Source: a virus (Duplodnaviria > Heunggongvirae > Uroviricota > Caudoviricetes > Peduoviridae). Taken from it: a stretch of 31,096 bases of DNA. Made by a program: the position numbers and the translations under genes. The notes below the pieces were generated by a model. That model had not been told where the DNA came from, ran no database searches, and saw only the letters and a program-made list of their open reading frames with translations. Each line of letters begins with the position of its first letter. Within the stretch, counting starts at the first letter, position 1. Of this stretch, positions 27,599 to 31,096 are shown piece by piece. The stretch is taken from IMG/VR virus record IMGVR_UViG_2974787870_000001. One strand, given 5' to 3'.

Positions 27599-28609
27599 TT
27601 ATAACGTCACTCCGCCTTTTAGTGGATTCAGAGCGACGGCATTTTGCAGATAGTCAGGCGCAAGGTGCGCATAGGCCATCGTCTGCTGAATGCTCGCATG
27701 TCCCAGAATCTGTTGCAGTGCGATTATATTGCCCCCATTCATCATGAAATGGCTTGCGAATGTATGCCGCAGGATGTGGGTTGCCTGATTGGGTGGTATA
27801 TCAGGTTTCACTCTGCGTAAAATCCCGCAAAATTTCTCATAATCAACTTTGAATAATTTGGCGCTGGCCTCCTCTTTAACTTTTTTCTCCAGTTCCTCAG
27901 AAATCGGCACGGTTCGCTTTTTACCGTTTTTGGTTTTCAGGAAGGTAACCCTGCAATTTGTAATCTGTGCTGGTTTTAGCGTGGCAACTTCCGTCCATCT
28001 TCCTCCAGTGCTCAGACATAAAAGCGCGACAAGTAAGTCATCACCAGCCAAAACATTTAACAGTTTTTCGATTTCTGCTTTTTCCAGGAACGTCATTTCA
28101 GGGTTGGCCTCCGCCAGTGGCGGCAGTCCGTGAATTGGGTGTTGCCCGGAAAATTCATCCAATTGAATTAATTTTGTGAACATGCCGGATAATCGGTACA
28201 TGTCACGGTTTATCGTTGCGGCACTGATACCATCACGTAGTCGCATGGAACGATAATCCATCAAAGCCCTTTTGCTCATCCTGCTCACTGGTATATCACC
28301 TATGCTGCTGATGGTTTTGAGTAGATGATTAAACTCTTTTGTTCCATGCTCGTGGTTTTGCCCGTGATATTTCCACCAGATGTCCAGCAACTCACTCAAA
28401 GTCCGGCGGTCTGCTCGCTGGCCTCCCCATTCTTTCTGACTGGCATTGGCGATTGTGTATCGCTCAAAGGCTAGTGCTTCAGCTTTTCTTTCGAATTTCC
28501 TGCGGATGCGTTTTCCGTCGCGACCGCGAGGTCTAATGTCCACTTCATAGCGACCATCATCGAGCTTCTTAATTGCCATAAGAAAGCCCTCCGGCGCTGT
28601 ATTCACCAT
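27599..28609 (-). CDS. int: Tyrosine integrase
   Basis: 336-aa minus-strand ORF with a C-terminal 'HILRHTFASHF...LGHASIQQTMAYAHL' catalytic region; true start is probably the internal Met 'MAIKKLDDGRYEVD' near 28579. Confidence 0.9.
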   Translation of the reverse strand: MVNTAPEGFLMAIKKLDDGRYEVDIRPRGRDGKRIRRKFERKAEALAFERYTIANASQKEWGGQRADRRTLSELLDIWWKYHGQNHEHGTKEFNHLLKTISSIGDIPVSRMSKRALMDYRSMRLRDGISAATINRDMYRLSGMFTKLIQLDEFSGQHPIHGLPPLAEANPEMTFLEKAEIEKLLNVLAGDDLLVALLCLSTGGRWTEVATLKPAQITNCRVTFLKTKNGKKRTVPISEELEKKVKEEASAKLFKVDYEKFCGILRRVKPDIPPNQATHILRHTFASHFMMNGGNIIALQQILGHASIQQTMAYAHLAPDYLQNAVALNPLKGGVTL

Positions 28610-28648
28610 CTTGGTAGCAAATGGTGAAAATGTAATCTTTATATAGAG

Positions 28649-28942
28649 TTAGCCAATCCTTTTCGCGGAGTGGTTGGACTCTGTTGACTCTGGCCCAATG
28701 TGCGCGAGAGCCGGTGCGATTTGTCCTGCGTCCGGCGCGGTTTTATCTGTCATAAGCCATAGAGCATATTTTTGGAATGTGGGATGCATAGTGATTTTTA
28801 GCAAAGCTGTGCCACCGGGTTCAAAGTTTCCTCCTTCATATTTTTTAAGTGTGCTTAGCGGTAACTCTATGATTTCACAGAATTTTGATTGGCTTAGCCC
28901 TTCAGCCTCACGCAAGGCCTTAATCTTTTCGCTTAATTTCAT
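28649..28942 (-). CDS. C: Immunity repressor C (HTH, P2 C-like)
   Basis: 97 aa; HTH region 'LSQSKFCEIIELPLSTLKKYE'; C-terminal 'GQIAPALAHIG' resembles P2 C; divergent from cox. Confidence 0.85.
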   Translation of the reverse strand: MKLSEKIKALREAEGLSQSKFCEIIELPLSTLKKYEGGNFEPGGTALLKITMHPTFQKYALWLMTDKTAPDAGQIAPALAHIGPESTESNHSAKRIG

Positions 28943-29063
28943 TTGACATGGTGCCTATATAGGGACTAAATTCCCTCAAAACTGGAACCTATATAGGTTC
29001 CATTGATTTGAGAATAAACCAGCGTCTAAACGGTTTTGAGTGGTTTAGAAAGGGCTGGATCCT
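28943..29063. promoter_or_regulatory. Pe/Pc switch region: TTGACA -35 (28943..28948), candidate -10 TAAATT (about 28967..28972), two CCTATATAGG repeats (28954..28963, 28988..28997)
   Basis: Two identical 10-bp palindromic repeats flank the candidate -10 of the rightward early promoter; same arrangement as the P2 C operators. Confidence 0.55.
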
Positions 29064-29351
29064 ATGAGGGTACCATATATGGACGCTGAAAATTATGTGA
29101 TTCAGTATCCGCTTGATGCGGTTCATGTGGATAAATTTGCTGATTTATTAGGGAAGCCAAAGACAGCCGTCAGTGAAATGGTGAAGGCAAATAAATTACC
29201 AATTATTGAATTGCGTGATCCTTGCAAACCGAAGGCTCGTGCCGGTGAAAAATGGGTTTTCATTCCTGAGTTTAATCGCGCTGTACGTGAGGCGTTTTAT
29301 AACCGACCGGTTGAACAGCGCGATGCATGGCTTTTGTGGATGGGGTTGTGA
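29064..29351 (+). CDS. cox: Cox (excisionase/early repressor)
   Basis: 95-aa ORF; C-terminal 'RDAWLLWMGL' resembles P2 Cox; start may be the internal Met at 29079. Confidence 0.8.
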   Translation: MRVPYMDAENYVIQYPLDAVHVDKFADLLGKPKTAVSEMVKANKLPIIELRDPCKPKARAGEKWVFIPEFNRAVREAFYNRPVEQRDAWLLWMGL

Positions 29352-29353
29352 TT

Positions 29354-29524
29354 ATGAATGAGCCGCGTTATATTGCTCAGTTATTGCGTAACGAAAGCCC
29401 CAGGGCGATTGACTTCACCATCACCCACGGGAAGGGACGCAAGGGAATCATTATCCGCACCAAAAAACAGAGTCCGTTAAAAAAGGCTCTGACCTTTCTG
29501 AAAAGCCGGAGGGTATGGAAATGA
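29354..29524 (+). CDS. Small early-operon protein (56 aa)
   Basis: ATG immediately after the cox stop; stop overlaps the B start. Confidence 0.5.
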   Translation: MNEPRYIAQLLRNESPRAIDFTITHGKGRKGIIIRTKKQSPLKKALTFLKSRRVWK

Positions 29525-30021
29525 CAGTGATGACGCTCAATCTCGTTGAAAAACAGCCAGCAACTATGCGCCGGATAATTGGTAAGCATCTGGCCGTCCC
29601 TCGCTGGCAGGAGACATGCGATTATTATAATCAGATGATGGAACGCGAACGGCTAACGGTTTGCTTTCATGCGCAGTTAAAACAGCGTCACGCAACGATG
29701 CGTTTTGAAGAAATGAATGACGTCGAACGTGAACGACTGGTATGTGCAATTGATGAATTGCGCGGGGCATTCTCAAAACGCCGTCAGGTTGGCGCAAGTG
29801 AGTATGCATATATTAGTTTTTTAACAGTCAGTCAGCGTCGCACTTTATTTATGCACGCACGACTGACAGAAAAAGAATTTAACCAGCCATACTGGCGAAT
29901 TAATGAGGAATCATGTTACTGGCGTGATGCTTTATTCCGTGCGTTACGTGAATTATTCAGTCTGTTTGAGTATGCACCGACAATTCTGACGTCGGTAAAA
30001 CCAGAGCAATATCTGCATTAA
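29515..30021 (+). CDS. B: Replication protein GpB (helicase-loader-like)
   Basis: 168-aa ORF recognised as P2 B-like; start may be 29521 (ATGA overlap with the upstream stop). Confidence 0.85.
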   Translation: MEMTVMTLNLVEKQPATMRRIIGKHLAVPRWQETCDYYNQMMERERLTVCFHAQLKQRHATMRFEEMNDVERERLVCAIDELRGAFSKRRQVGASEYAYISFLTVSQRRTLFMHARLTEKEFNQPYWRINEESCYWRDALFRALRELFSLFEYAPTILTSVKPEQYLH

Positions 30022-30084
30022 GTAATTAACCAGAGTTTTTAACGCACTTAATCGTGCGGGGCTTCTTTTTGCCTGGAGAAAGTC

Positions 30085-30309
30085 ATGCATACAGTTTCTG
30101 AAAATCAGTGCGGTAAATACGCATTACTGCTGCAACAGGCCAGAACCGAAGCACAGGCCGACGCTGCGACGCGCTTTTCTTCTCATCTTGACGCCATGAT
30201 TCGCCACATAACAAAGGCGGAGTTATCCCGCGTGGAGATAGTCGAGCTGCTCAGTCAGGAGTCGGAAAAATTTCACAATATCGGATTGTCTCGCGGGGAG
30301 GTGCTTTGA
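30085..30309 (+). CDS. Hypothetical early protein (74 aa)
   Basis: ORF in the early operon between B and A; overlaps the next ORF. Confidence 0.55.
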   Translation: MHTVSENQCGKYALLLQQARTEAQADAATRFSSHLDAMIRHITKAELSRVEIVELLSQESEKFHNIGLSRGEVL

Positions 30310-30608
30310 TGTCCTGTTCTCATTCAGTTGTATTACTGAATAACGCCTTAAAAATCGCCGTTATGGAAAATGGTGATTTGTCTCTTATTCAACTTTGTCT
30401 TGATAAAGAAAAACGCGACATAACTGAATCTGTTATCGCGATTTATCAGAATGAATTAAACCTCCTGTCTGATGTGGTCAATTTACTTGTTAAACGCGCT
30501 GTATTCCACAAGCAAATTTCCTCCGTGGATGAACTGACAAAATTAACGACAGAACTTGCCAGTTATTGCGCTGATGTATCCAGGAAACTTAACGATAAAA
30601 GGAGCTGA
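30306..30608 (+). CDS. Hypothetical early protein (100 aa), lower GC
   Basis: ORF with an AGGAG motif upstream of the following gene; AT-rich compared with neighbours. Confidence 0.55.
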   Translation: MMSCSHSVVLLNNALKIAVMENGDLSLIQLCLDKEKRDITESVIAIYQNELNLLSDVVNLLVKRAVFHKQISSVDELTKLTTELASYCADVSRKLNDKRS

Positions 30609-30610
30609 TA

Positions 30611-30835
30611 ATGCCGGACAACGTAGATTTTATTCAGGAACAACAGGCTGAATTACTGGAGCGCCAGATTAACGCGGCAAGGGTAAAACATTGCGGTGCT
30701 TCTGCGCTGGTTTGCGAAGAGTGTGACGCGCCAATACCTGCTGCCCGTCGTGCGGCTTATCCGTCAGCCACGCGTTGTGTTTCCTGTCAGTCAGTCTTTG
30801 AAGCAAAAAACAAACATTACCGGAGAACGGCATGA
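30611..30835 (+). CDS. TraR/DksA-family C4 zinc-finger protein
   Basis: 74 aa with C-x2-C ... C-x2-C (CEECDAP...CVSCQ) preceded by a coiled-coil-like region; ribosome-binding site AAAGGAG. Confidence 0.7.
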   Translation: MPDNVDFIQEQQAELLERQINAARVKHCGASALVCEECDAPIPAARRAAYPSATRCVSCQSVFEAKNKHYRRTA

Positions 30836-31096
30836 GTATTCGTATTGAAATTGGCGAACGTTATGTCGTTACCAGTGACAGCTTTCAGTTTATTCTCCAC
30901 GAGAAAAAGAGAGCGGAAAGCGGTAAAAACGCCGGTCAGGAATGGCTGGCAGTGGTTGGTTATTACCCGAAATTAAGCCAGCTCGTTTCCGGCCTGATGC
31001 ATCACGATATTCTGACCGGAAGCGCAAAGTCTTTTGCTGATTTAAACGCACAGGTTGAGCAACTCAGCAGGCGTTGTTCAGAGGCTTTTGGCTCAT
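30832..31096 (+). CDS. Hypothetical early protein, 3' end beyond the window
   Basis: ATG overlaps the upstream stop (ATGA); open to the window end ('MSIRIEIGERYVVTSDSFQFILHEKKRAESGK...'), so absent from the ORF track. Confidence 0.5.
   Translation, partial: MSIRIEIGERYVVTSDSFQFILHEKKRAESGKNAGQEWLAVVGYYPKLSQLVSGLMHHDILTGSAKSFADLNAQVEQLSRRCSEAFGS

Larger units (their letters stand above)
1..31096 (+). mobile_element. P2-like temperate myophage genome, circularly permuted (cos and attP both internal)
   Basis: Complete P2-type gene set in conserved order on the ORF track; 19-nt cos-like sequence at 3981..3999 with both flanks present; attP-like region between ogr and int; window starts at the A start codon and ends inside an early-operon ORF that precedes A in P2. 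Confidence 0.9.

Noticed and set aside
1-31096. CRISPR arrays, tRNA or rRNA genes, insertion sequences
   Set aside because: No spaced direct-repeat arrays, no cloverleaf-like tRNA candidates and no transposase ORFs or terminal inverted repeats were seen on reading; the attP hairpin is a terminator-like stem, not a tRNA.

Overview
The window reads as a near-complete P2-like (Peduovirus-type) temperate myophage genome in circularly permuted order, not an integrated prophage. Gene order is A (rolling-circle replication initiator) - cargo slot - cos - Q P / O N M L (packaging and head) - X, holin, endolysin, lysA, lysB/lysC - R S V W J I H G (tail completion, baseplate, fibre) - second cargo slot - FI FII E/E' T U D ogr (sheath, tube, tape measure, late activator) - attP - int - C - cox - B and small early ORFs, which run off the window end towards A. 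Assignments rest on recognising the ORF-track translations as the P2 protein set and on synteny; no database search was run. Both canonical P2 cargo positions carry strongly AT-rich single genes with their own terminators in place of tin/old and Z/fun: a 200-aa ORF (3160..3762) and a 375-aa ORF (about 19327..20448). Neither resembles anything I can name, and they are the best candidates for an undescribed system, most plausibly single-gene anti-phage or superinfection-exclusion functions. Other points of interest are the internal cos site, the attP arm repeats, the C operator repeats, the E/E' frameshift and a triplicated domain in the tail fibre. Coordinates of short motifs were counted by hand and may be off by 1-2 nt.
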